Source of the DNA: an uncultured Chloroflexia bacterium
GTDB taxonomy: Bacteria > Chloroflexota > Limnocylindria > Limnocylindrales > CSP1-4
DNA length: 64,000 nt
Assembly (NCBI GenBank): GCA_963706695.1
Contig: CAVPNC010000020.1
Span: forward strand, 72,372 to 136,371
Direction: 5' to 3'
The translations under genes and the position numbers were made by a program. This document shows, piece by piece, positions 51,567 to 60,244 of this stretch (position 1 is its first letter; every line of letters starts with the position of its first letter). The notes under the pieces were generated by a model. That model made no database searches and was not told the DNA's origin. It saw nothing but the letters and a program-made list of their open reading frames with translations.

Positions 51567-52940
51567 ATGTGGTCTACAAGCAACGCGCGAGGCACCGGCC
51601 CCCGGGTCGCAGCCACCGCGCTGGCACTCTCGATGGTGGCCTCGACGGCCGTCGCCGGGTCCGCCCTGGCCCAGGACGAGCGCGAGATCAACGTCGCCAT
51701 CGTGGGCAACCCGCAGATGCAGGACATCGCCAGCCTCACGCCGGAGCTGTTCACCGCGGAGACCGGCATCAACGTCAACTACGTGATCCTCGAGGAGCAG
51801 ACGCTCCGCGAGATCGTCACCCGCGACGTGGGCGCCGGCGGCCAGCAGTTCGACGTCGTCATGATCGGCATGTTCGAGGCCCCGCAGTTCGGCCGCAACG
51901 GCTGGCTCGTGGATCTCAACGAATTCGCCGAGGGTGACGAGGAGTACATGCTCGACGACATCATCCCCGCGGTCCGCAACGGACTCTCCTATGAGGGTGG
52001 TCTGTATGCGGCGCCGTTCTACGCCGAATCGTCCTACGTGATGTATCGCAAGGACGTCCTCGACGAGGCTGGGATCGAGATGCCACGCGAGCCAACATGG
52101 GACGAGGTTGCGGAGATCGCCCGCACCATCGACTCCGATGAGATGTCCGGCATCTGCCTGCGCGGCAAGCCTGGCTGGGGTGACCTGGGCGGGCCGCTCG
52201 GCACGGTCATCAACACCTTCGGGGCGACCTGGTGGCTGGCCGGTGAGAACGACACCATCGGTGAGTCGCAGGTCGACCAGCCCGAGTTCGCGGAAGCCGT
52301 CAACTTCTGGGTCGATCTGCTTGCCGACGCGGGCCAGGAAGACGCCGCCAACGCGAGCTACAACGAGTGCACCCAGCAGATGCTCAACAGCAACTCGGCC
52401 ATGTGGTACGACGCGACGGTCGCCGCGGCCAACCTGGAGGCCGACGACAGCCCCATCAAGGGCAAGCTCGGCTACGCGCTGGCTCCGACCAAGCTGACCG
52501 ACTCTGCTGGCTGGCTGTGGGCCTGGGCCCTCGCCATCCCCGAGAACGCGCCTGACAAGGAGACGGCCTGGGAGTACATCAGCTGGGCCACTGGGCCTGA
52601 GTACCTGGCCGTGGCTGGCGACCTGCTGCCAGGCGGGTGGGCTACCGTGCCCCCGGGCACGCGAGCCTCGCTGTACGAGAACCCCAAGTACCAGGAAGCC
52701 GCGGCATCGTTCGCGGACATCTATCTCGAGGCCATGCAGAAGGCGCCGATCGACATGCCCGGCCTGCAGGAGCGCCCGGGCCTGCCCGGCATCCAGTTCG
52801 TGGGTGTGGCGCAGTTCCAGGACGTCGGTACCCGCTGCACCGAGCAGATCTCGGCGGCCATCGCCGGCAACGTGTCGGTGGACGACGCACTGGCCGCCTG
52901 CGACGCCATCGCTTCCGAGGTAGAAGGCGAGGAGTGGTAA
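51567..52940 (+). CDS. Carbohydrate/polyol ABC transporter substrate-binding protein (CUT1, SmoE-like)
   Basis: Intact 457-aa ORF with a signal peptide ending AGSALAQ. The RBS AAGGAGGA lies upstream. Confidence 0.85.
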   Translation: MWSTSNARGTGPRVAATALALSMVASTAVAGSALAQDEREINVAIVGNPQMQDIASLTPELFTAETGINVNYVILEEQTLREIVTRDVGAGGQQFDVVMIGMFEAPQFGRNGWLVDLNEFAEGDEEYMLDDIIPAVRNGLSYEGGLYAAPFYAESSYVMYRKDVLDEAGIEMPREPTWDEVAEIARTIDSDEMSGICLRGKPGWGDLGGPLGTVINTFGATWWLAGENDTIGESQVDQPEFAEAVNFWVDLLADAGQEDAANASYNECTQQMLNSNSAMWYDATVAAANLEADDSPIKGKLGYALAPTKLTDSAGWLWAWALAIPENAPDKETAWEYISWATGPEYLAVAGDLLPGGWATVPPGTRASLYENPKYQEAAASFADIYLEAMQKAPIDMPGLQERPGLPGIQFVGVAQFQDVGTRCTEQISAAIAGNVSVDDALAACDAIASEVEGEEW

Positions 52941-52994
52941 AGGACTGCTAGGCTCGCACTAGGCGAGTAACACGGGTAGGAGGGGCGATTCGTC

Positions 52995-53942
52995 GTGACC
53001 ACCAAGGCCGAGCCTCAGAGCTCCGATCGGGCCGCTGAAGAGCGAGCCGCTGCGATCGCGGAGTTCCAGCGCAAGGACAAGTGGCGCAGGCGACTGCCGC
53101 TCCTACCCGCCCTGCTGTTCACCATCGTGGTGACGCAGATCCCCTTCCTCTTCAACATCTGGTTCAGCCTGCAGGACTGGAAGATCGTGCCGCCGCGGGG
53201 TCCGGACTTCACCGGGCTGGAGAACTTCACCGAGGGGTACTCCAACACCTTCTTCCTGGACGCGGTCGGGATCTCGATCGGGATGACGACCGCAGCCGTG
53301 CTGCTCTCGCTGCTGGTGGGCACCGGGCTGGCGCTGCTGCTGGACCGTCAGTTCTTCGGTCGCGGTATCGCCCGGACGCTGCTCATCACGCCCTTCCTCA
53401 TCATGCCCGTGGTCGCCGGCCTGCTCTGGAAGAACCAGATCTTCAGCTCCACGTTCGGCGTCGTCAACGCCGTCATCGAGCCGCTGGGGATCGACGCCAT
53501 CCCCTTCGTCGAGCGCTACCCGTTCTGGGCCATCGTCACCGTGCTGGTATGGCAGTGGTCGCCGTTCATGATGCTCATCATTCTCGCGGGGCTGCAGGGC
53601 CAGCCGACCGACATCCTTGAGGCTGCGCGTGTCGACCGCGCCAGCGGACGAGGCATCTTCACCCAGATCACGCTGCCGATGCTGCGGCCATACATGGAGC
53701 TCGGGATCGTCCTCGGCGCGATCTACCTGCTGCAGGTGTTCGACCACATCGATGTCATGACCGGTGGAGGGCCGGGCTCGACGAACGTGCCCTACTTCGT
53801 CTACCAGCGCTCGATCGGCGGAGGCTGGGACTTCGGCCAGGCTGCGGCTTACTCGATCATCGTGGTCATCGCCACCATCATCATCGCCACGATCGCGCTC
53901 CGCGTCCTCTCCAGCCTCTTCCAGCGCCAGGAGACGGCATGA
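52995..53942 (+). CDS. Carbohydrate ABC transporter permease (CUT1, MalF/SmoF-like)
   Basis: Intact 315-aa polytopic ORF with the EAA-like loop ILEAARVDRASGRGIF. Confidence 0.85.
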   Translation: MTTKAEPQSSDRAAEERAAAIAEFQRKDKWRRRLPLLPALLFTIVVTQIPFLFNIWFSLQDWKIVPPRGPDFTGLENFTEGYSNTFFLDAVGISIGMTTAAVLLSLLVGTGLALLLDRQFFGRGIARTLLITPFLIMPVVAGLLWKNQIFSSTFGVVNAVIEPLGIDAIPFVERYPFWAIVTVLVWQWSPFMMLIILAGLQGQPTDILEAARVDRASGRGIFTQITLPMLRPYMELGIVLGAIYLLQVFDHIDVMTGGGPGSTNVPYFVYQRSIGGGWDFGQAAAYSIIVVIATIIIATIALRVLSSLFQRQETA

Positions 53943-54799
53943 CCCTGACCGCACGAGACAAGCAGCTGCGCGGCGAATCGCGATGGGGCACGGCCGCGCT
54001 CGGCATCGTGACCTGGCTGGTGGCCGCGCTCTTCTTCTTCCCCATCTTCTGGATGGTGCTCAACAGCTTCAAGACGGAGCTGGACGCCAACACCACGCCC
54101 AAGCTCCTCTTCGAGCCCACGCTCGATCGCTGGCAGGCCGTGACCGAGACGATCCCCGGGCTGCTCAGCTTCGGCGAGGCCTTCTACAACTCGTTCCTCA
54201 TCGTCATCGTCTCGACGGTGCTGGTCCTCGTGCTGGCCATCCCGGCCGCATATGCCCTCTCCATCTACCCCATCGGCAACTGGCGGGACGCGCTCTTCTT
54301 CTTCATCTCGACCAAGTTCCTGCCCATCGTCGCGGCCATCCTGCCGTTGTGGATCATCGCCCGCGAGCTACAGCTGCTGAACACTCACCTCGTGCTCATC
54401 ATCCTGTACACGGCCATGAACCTGCCGCTCGCGGTCTGGATGCTCAACTCGTTCTTCCGTGAAGTACCCCGCGAGCTCATCGAGGCAGCGCAGATGGACG
54501 GGACCGGCCTGTACGGGCAGATCAAGGACGTGATGCTGCCCATCGTCGCACCTGGCGTGGCAGCGACGGCCCTTTTGTGCTTCATCTTCGCCTGGAACGA
54601 GTTCTTTCTCGCCGTGCAGCTCAATCCGGTGGAGGGTTCGACCGTACCGGTCTGGGTCAGCACCAATGTGACCACGCGCGGCATGTTCATGGCCAAGCTG
54701 TCGGCGGCCTCCACGCTGGCCATCCTGCCCGTCGTCATCGCCGGCTGGGTCGCGCAGAAGCGGATGATCCGAGGCCTTTCCATGGGCGCAGTCAAGTAG
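53939..54799 (+). CDS. Carbohydrate ABC transporter permease (CUT1, MalG/SmoG-like)
   Basis: Intact 286-aa ORF. An ATGA overlap joins it to the previous gene. The EAA loop is LIEAAQMDGTGLYG. Confidence 0.85.
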   Translation: MTLTARDKQLRGESRWGTAALGIVTWLVAALFFFPIFWMVLNSFKTELDANTTPKLLFEPTLDRWQAVTETIPGLLSFGEAFYNSFLIVIVSTVLVLVLAIPAAYALSIYPIGNWRDALFFFISTKFLPIVAAILPLWIIARELQLLNTHLVLIILYTAMNLPLAVWMLNSFFREVPRELIEAAQMDGTGLYGQIKDVMLPIVAPGVAATALLCFIFAWNEFFLAVQLNPVEGSTVPVWVSTNVTTRGMFMAKLSAASTLAILPVVIAGWVAQKRMIRGLSMGAVK

Positions 54800-54805
54800 G
54801 GAGTC

Positions 54806-55903
54806 ATGGCAGAAGTCACGTACCGAGATGCGACCAGGATCTACCCCGGCACCGAGCAGCCGGCGGTTGATCGCCTGAACCTGACCATCGACGATGGGGA
54901 GTTCCTCGTGCTCGTCGGGCCCTCGGGCTCGGGGAAGTCGACGGCGCTGCGCATGCTCGCGGGGCTGGAAGCCTGTGACGAGGGCACGATCCACATCGGC
55001 GATCGCGACGTCACGCTGGTCCAGCCCAAAGACCGCGATGTCGCCATGGTCTTCCAGAGCTACGCGCTCTATCCCCACATGACCGTGGCCCAGAACATCG
55101 GCTTCCCGCTCAAGCAGCAGAAGGTAGCCAAGGCCGAGCGCGAGAAGCAGGTGCGCGAGGCGGCCCGCATCCTGGACCTGGAGGACTTCCTCGACCGCAA
55201 GCCCAAGCAACTCTCGGGTGGCCAGCGCCAGCGCGTGGCCATGGGCCGGGCGATCGTGCGCCATCCCCAGGTCTTCCTCATGGACGAGCCGCTGTCGAAC
55301 CTCGACGCCAAGCTGCGCGTGCAAACGCGTGCCGAGCTGGCCGACCTGCAGGCACGCCTGGGCGTGACCACCGTCTACGTCACCCATGACCAGGTCGAGG
55401 CCATGACCATGGGCCACCGCGTAGCCATCCTGGACTACGGCGTGATGCAGCAGGTCGACACCCCGGGCGAGCTCTATCGCCACCCCGCGAACCTGTTCGT
55501 GGCCGGCTTCATCGGATCGCCGGCGATGAACCTCCTCCCCACGCGAGTAGAGGCCGGCCAAGCCACCCTCGGATCGATGGCGCTGGAGCTTGATCCGGCC
55601 GTGGCTGCCGCGATCGGCCAGACGGACGGCTCGGGCCTGACCCTCGGCGTTCGCCCCCAGGGCCTGACCCTTGGCGACCAGGGTGTGCCCGCAAGCGTCA
55701 TGGTCGTCGAGGAGCTGGGCTCGGAGACGTTCGTCTTCGCCGAACTGGAGCACCTGGGCGAGACGACACGGGTCCGAGTACGTGTCGACGCAGACTACAG
55801 GGTCAAGCGCGGTGATAACACTCATGTGGACGTGCTCGGGCCGGTGCATGTATTCGGAAGCGATGGCCTTCGTCACCGGACGTCGGACGAACAGGCGGGC
55901 TGA
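54806..55903 (+). CDS. ABC transporter ATP-binding protein (MalK/UgpC/SmoK-like)
   Basis: Walker A GPSGSGKST, signature LSGGQRQR, Walker B FLMDEP and a C-terminal regulatory domain. Confidence 0.9.
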   Translation: MAEVTYRDATRIYPGTEQPAVDRLNLTIDDGEFLVLVGPSGSGKSTALRMLAGLEACDEGTIHIGDRDVTLVQPKDRDVAMVFQSYALYPHMTVAQNIGFPLKQQKVAKAEREKQVREAARILDLEDFLDRKPKQLSGGQRQRVAMGRAIVRHPQVFLMDEPLSNLDAKLRVQTRAELADLQARLGVTTVYVTHDQVEAMTMGHRVAILDYGVMQQVDTPGELYRHPANLFVAGFIGSPAMNLLPTRVEAGQATLGSMALELDPAVAAAIGQTDGSGLTLGVRPQGLTLGDQGVPASVMVVEELGSETFVFAELEHLGETTRVRVRVDADYRVKRGDNTHVDVLGPVHVFGSDGLRHRTSDEQAG

Positions 55904-55908
55904 GGGGA

Positions 55909-56721
55909 ATGGCTGCGAGCTACGACTTCGGTGGCTCGGTCGCACTCGTCACCGGGGCCGGTGGGGACATCGGCCGGACCACGGCGGTGCGTCTCGCGGC
56001 CAGCGGTGCGAGGGTCGTCATCACGGATCTCGACCGAGCCGCGGAGGCCCTCGACCGTACCAGCGCCGCATGTGCCGAGGCGAGCACGGCCGAACAGGTC
56101 CTTGCAGTCGCCGCCGATGTGACCGATCCGGCCAGCGTGGCCAACTGCTTCGAGGCCGGCATCCGACGGTTCGAGACCCCGAACCTCGTGTTCGCCAACG
56201 CCGGGGTCCAGGGTGAGCTGTTGCCGCTGCAGGACTACCCGGTCGATGAGTTCCCGCTCGTGATGAGCGTCAACGTGTTCGGGGTCTTCAACGTCCTGCG
56301 TGAGGCCGCGCGCCGGCTGCGTGCTGACGGCAAGCCCGGCGCCATCGTCAACTCGGCCTCGATGGCCGGGGTCGAAGGCGCTGCCAACATGCCCGCATAC
56401 AGCGCCTCGAAGGGTGCCGTCATGAGCATCACCCGCTCAGCCTCGAAGGACTTCGCGCCGCTCGGCATCCGGGTCAATGCCATCTCGCCATGCTTCATCG
56501 GCGAGGGTGAGATGTGGGATCGTCAGGTGCGGCGGCAGGCACTGGCTGACACGCAGTACTACTCGAGCGACCCGGAGATCGTGGCCCAGGAGATGGTCGA
56601 CGCCGTGCCCTTGCGACGGACGGGCACGCTCGATGAGGTCGCCTCCACGGTCTTGTGGCTGCTGTCGGACGAGGCCTCGTACATCAGCGGGCACAACATC
56701 ATCATCAGCGGTGGCATCTAG
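55909..56721 (+). CDS. Classical SDR-family oxidoreductase (polyol dehydrogenase candidate)
   Basis: TGAGGDIGR cofactor motif and YSASK catalytic motif; intact 270 aa. Confidence 0.85.
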   Translation: MAASYDFGGSVALVTGAGGDIGRTTAVRLAASGARVVITDLDRAAEALDRTSAACAEASTAEQVLAVAADVTDPASVANCFEAGIRRFETPNLVFANAGVQGELLPLQDYPVDEFPLVMSVNVFGVFNVLREAARRLRADGKPGAIVNSASMAGVEGAANMPAYSASKGAVMSITRSASKDFAPLGIRVNAISPCFIGEGEMWDRQVRRQALADTQYYSSDPEIVAQEMVDAVPLRRTGTLDEVASTVLWLLSDEASYISGHNIIISGGI

Positions 56722-56763
56722 GCCCCGCCTTGCCTGAACAGCCTCCTCTCCTCCTCCTGCCGG

Positions 56764-56793
56764 GTGGTGCGACCTCCACTGGAGGTCTACCAC
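56764..56793. terminator. Hairpin between the convergent SDR and radical-SAM genes
   Basis: A 7-bp stem, gacctcc act ggaggtc, is extended by gtggt/accac. There is no clear T-tract. Confidence 0.45.
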
Positions 56794-56833
56794 TCGGCAG
56801 TGCTGCCTCCGCCCGCGTCGACCGGCCCTTCCG

Positions 56834-58306
56834 CTAGCTGGCCATCACCCGCGCGACAGCGGCGTCGATGAAGGCCTGCGTGGGCAGCGGCCGGTCACCG
56901 TGGCAGCGCTTGAACTTGCGGCCGCTGCCGCATGAGCAAGGGTCGTTGCGGCCGCGCGCAGCATCCTCGGTGGCATAGGCGTACATGATCTCAGCCGCGG
57001 CTCGGCCGGACTGGAGCAGCGTGCCCATGGCCTGCATCGCCGGCGTCACGTGGTGGAAGAAGGTGAGGTAGCCGGCACACAGGTAGTTGTGGCCGGGCTC
57101 GCCGTAGCGGTCGTTCCGGAAGCGGTCCTTGGGACAGCCCCCGTGGCACAGCGAGCGGACATCGCACTCCAGGCACTGGCGCGGCAGCTTGTCCCGCTTG
57201 TCCAGGCCGAAGATCTCCATCTGGGGTGAGGCCACCAGCTCCGCCATGTGGGTCTCGTTGATGTTGCCCAGCTTGTAGGCCGGCTCCACGAAGTGGTCGC
57301 AGCAGTAGAGATCGCCGTTGTGCTCCAGGGCCGGGCCGCGGCCGCAGGTCTCGGCGTGGATGCACAGCCCTGGAGGAGCCCCCACGGTGTTGGCCAGGGT
57401 GACGTCGAACATCTGCACGTACATCGTGCCCACGTCGCGTCGGACCCACTCTTCGAAGACGTCCACCAGGAAGCGGCCGTATTGCTCGCTTCCGATCGAG
57501 CGGCTGGTGACCAGGTCGCCCTTCTGCTCGTAGAGCGGGCGGGCCTTGTTGCTGTCACCCCACCCGGCCTCGGCGATCTCGAGCAGCTCCGGCGTGGCCC
57601 GCTCGATGATGGGGATGAACTGGATGAAGTTGGTCCTGACCTCATCGCGGAAGAAGCGGTAGACCTCCTTGCCGCGGTCGCCATTGACGGCGTGGACCGT
57701 GCACAGGATGTTGAACTCGGCCCCGGCCTCCTGCAGCAGTCGAGCCGCTCGCATGACCTGGGCGTGCGTGCCCTTGCCGCCCTTGTCCACGCGCTGGGCG
57801 TCGTGGATGTCCTCGGGCCCGTCCATGGAGAGCCCGAGCAGGAAGTTGTGCTCGGCGAAGAACGCCGCCCATTCCTCGTCCAGCTTGGTGCCGTTGGTCT
57901 GGAGCGTGTGCTCGATGATCTGGCCGGGCCGGCGGTACCTCTCCACCAGCCGCACTGTCTCGCGATAGAAGTCGAGGCCCATCAACGAGGGCTCACCACC
58001 CTGCCAGGCAACGGTCACGCGCTCGGTGCGGTGGCCCTCGATGAGCTGGCGGATGTACTGCTCCTGCGTCTCTTCGGTCATGCGGAACTTGCTGCCCGGG
58101 TACAGCGCTTCCTTGGAGAGGAAGAAGCAGTAGGTGCAGTCGAGGTTGCAGATCGCCCCGGTCGGCTTGGTCAGCACGTGGAACGATGGCGGCGCGCTGG
58201 CAGGCAGGTCGGGCAGCACCGGCAGCATGCGGGTAGCCGCACCGTCGGCCTGCTGTGGTGCGCCGGTCACGACGTCCCCCCGCGTGAAGGTAGCGTTCGG
58301 GTCCAT
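56834..58306 (-). CDS. Radical SAM/SPASM maturase of the anaerobic sulfatase-maturating enzyme (anSME) family, with a C-terminal SEC-C motif
   Basis: ATG 58306. Motifs: CNLDCTYC (CxxxCxxC); SPASM Cys clusters (CIHAETC, CCDH, CLECDVRSLCHGGC); and a C-terminal CSCGSGRKFKRCHG encoded at 56897-56938. Confidence 0.8.
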   Translation of the reverse strand: MDPNATFTRGDVVTGAPQQADGAATRMLPVLPDLPASAPPSFHVLTKPTGAICNLDCTYCFFLSKEALYPGSKFRMTEETQEQYIRQLIEGHRTERVTVAWQGGEPSLMGLDFYRETVRLVERYRRPGQIIEHTLQTNGTKLDEEWAAFFAEHNFLLGLSMDGPEDIHDAQRVDKGGKGTHAQVMRAARLLQEAGAEFNILCTVHAVNGDRGKEVYRFFRDEVRTNFIQFIPIIERATPELLEIAEAGWGDSNKARPLYEQKGDLVTSRSIGSEQYGRFLVDVFEEWVRRDVGTMYVQMFDVTLANTVGAPPGLCIHAETCGRGPALEHNGDLYCCDHFVEPAYKLGNINETHMAELVASPQMEIFGLDKRDKLPRQCLECDVRSLCHGGCPKDRFRNDRYGEPGHNYLCAGYLTFFHHVTPAMQAMGTLLQSGRAAAEIMYAYATEDAARGRNDPCSCGSGRKFKRCHGDRPLPTQAFIDAAVARVMAS

Positions 58307-58361
58307 GCCGGAGAGCCTACAGGCCACGTACGCTAGAGGCCGAAAGCGACCCGCAGGAGTG

Positions 58362-59276
58362 ATGATGAACCAGACCAAGCTGCCGTCCTGGCGGCCAGGC
58401 AGGACGCGCGACGCGATCGAGATCTTCCTCGATGACGCCGAGACCGTGCCCATCGAGCGACGGGTCGCCGTCTTCGATATCGACGGCACGCTCTGGTGTG
58501 AGAAGCCCCAGTACACGATGGTCGAGTTCCTGCTCACGGAGCTGCGGGCGGCGGTGGCCGACGAGCCCTCCTTGGCCGCACGTCCCGAGTACCGCGCGGC
58601 GCTCGACTGGGACCGGCCGGCCATCGCCAGGCTGGGACCGGTCAACGTCGTGCTGGCGCTGATCGAGCTGCATGCCGGGATCACGCCGGAGGACTTCGAA
58701 GCTCGCGTGCGTGCCTTCTTCCGCGAGGCCCGACACCCCGGCCGCGGAGTGCCGCTCAGCCAGATGCGCTACCGCCCCATGCTCGAGCTCATCGCCGAGT
58801 TGCGGGCGCGCGACTTCGACGTCTACCTCGCGACTGGCAGCGGGCTGGAGTTCACGCGCGTCGTCAGCCTCGACTATTTCGGGGTCAAGCCGGAGGGCGT
58901 GGTCGGCTCGCAGGTCGGATACGAGCTCGTGCGGGAGAACGGCAGCCCCGTGCTGTTGCGCACCAGGGAGATCTTCGGAGATCCCAACGAGGGTGCGGCC
59001 AAGGTCACCACTATCCAGCGGCTGCTGGGCCGGCGGCCCATCCTCGCCGCGGGCAACAGCGCCGGTGACACCGAGATGCTGGACTACGCCCGGGCCAGCG
59101 AGGGGCCCTCGCTGGCGCTGCTCGTGGACCACGACGATGCGGAGCGCGAGTACGAGTACGCCAGCGTCGCGGCCACCCTCACGAGGTCCGAGCCGATCAC
59201 CGCGACCGCCGCGAGCAAGGGCTGGGTCGTCGTCTCCATGAAGCGCGACTGGGAGACGGTCTTCGCCGACCGCTAG
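58362..59276 (+). CDS. HAD-superfamily (subfamily IB-like) hydrolase
   Basis: ATG 58362 follows GCAGGAG. Motifs: DIDGTLW (motif I) and GNSAGDTEML (motif IV-like). Intact. Confidence 0.7.
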   Translation: MMNQTKLPSWRPGRTRDAIEIFLDDAETVPIERRVAVFDIDGTLWCEKPQYTMVEFLLTELRAAVADEPSLAARPEYRAALDWDRPAIARLGPVNVVLALIELHAGITPEDFEARVRAFFREARHPGRGVPLSQMRYRPMLELIAELRARDFDVYLATGSGLEFTRVVSLDYFGVKPEGVVGSQVGYELVRENGSPVLLRTREIFGDPNEGAAKVTTIQRLLGRRPILAAGNSAGDTEMLDYARASEGPSLALLVDHDDAEREYEYASVAATLTRSEPITATAASKGWVVVSMKRDWETVFADR

Positions 59277-59286
59277 ACACGAAGAG

Positions 59287-59312
59287 GCCGCCGGCGGTCT
59301 CCCGCCGGCGGC
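59287..59312. terminator. Strong GC hairpin between the convergent HAD and META-domain genes
   Basis: An 11-bp perfect stem, gccgccggcgg tctc ccgccggcggc. Confidence 0.6.
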
Positions 59313-59337
59313 ACGGACTCGGTCGCTACCGGAGCGG

Positions 59338-60144
59338 CTACTCGGGCTGGGCCTCGAGCGCGGCGAGGCGCTGCTCGTGGTCCTGCGCCGTCGACTCGAG
59401 GGCGAGGATGCGATCGCGGAAGCGATCGATGGTCCTGTCCAGGCGGGTGACGGTCTCTTCGAGCGCACTGATACGCCGCTGGAGGCTCTGGACGTTCAGC
59501 CCCTCGGTCGTGCGCTCAAGCTCCGTGATGCGCCGGCCGTGGTTGTCCGCCCGTCGCTCGACCTCCGTGACGCGCTTGTCGAACCTGTTGACGGGGATGG
59601 ATGCGGTCTCAGCCGCAACGGCGGCGACCTCCGCGGCCGCCTCGTCGATCTGCGCCTGCAGGTCGCCGAGCGTAGCCACGAGAGCGTCGACGTCGGACGC
59701 CGTCACGTCCACCGTGGCCTCACCGTAGACCAGCTGGACGGTACCGTCGGCGTCGGCCAGGCTGAGCGCGCCTGCCTCGTCGATGGCCCAGCTCTGCGTC
59801 GCCTGCAGCAGGGGCAGGTACGCGCCCTCCACGGCCATGGCCTCGTCCTCGCAGAGCTTCAGGGTGGAGCCGAAGGGCGTGGGGAAGGTCAGCGCGTCAC
59901 CGTCGAGCTCGTAGCTGCCGAAGTAGGAGTTGCAGCCGGCGTCGCCGACGACCTCGCCACCGCTCATGAAGAGCGTCGTGGTGACGCTCTCGGGCACGGC
60001 CTCGCCGGCCAGGGTGGCGAGCGTCCACTCCACGCCTTCGGGCGTGATCTGGGCGTCGGCTTCCTGCGCGAACGCGAGGCCAGGCAGGGCACCGAGGAGC
60101 AGCGATGCGCTGAGGGCACCGGCAAGCAGCTGTCGAGTCTTCAT
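59338..60144 (-). CDS. Secreted META (HslJ-like) domain protein with a C-terminal coiled-coil extension of about 110 aa
   Basis: Signal peptide MKTRQLLAGALSASLLLGALPGLAFA. META-like motif GDAGCNSYFGSY...LKLC. The tail is heptad-rich (VTEVERRADNHGRRITELERTTEGLNVQSLQRRISALEETVTRLDRTIDRFRDRILALES). Confidence 0.65.
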   Translation of the reverse strand: MKTRQLLAGALSASLLLGALPGLAFAQEADAQITPEGVEWTLATLAGEAVPESVTTTLFMSGGEVVGDAGCNSYFGSYELDGDALTFPTPFGSTLKLCEDEAMAVEGAYLPLLQATQSWAIDEAGALSLADADGTVQLVYGEATVDVTASDVDALVATLGDLQAQIDEAAAEVAAVAAETASIPVNRFDKRVTEVERRADNHGRRITELERTTEGLNVQSLQRRISALEETVTRLDRTIDRFRDRILALESTAQDHEQRLAALEAQPE

Positions 60145-60244
60145 GGGAGCGGGATCCTCCAGTGTGCGTCAGGGTCTGGGCGCTGGGCGCGAGTCACACG
60201 CGATTGTGCCACCACTCCAAGCGCGTGCCACGTACCCTTCGGTC

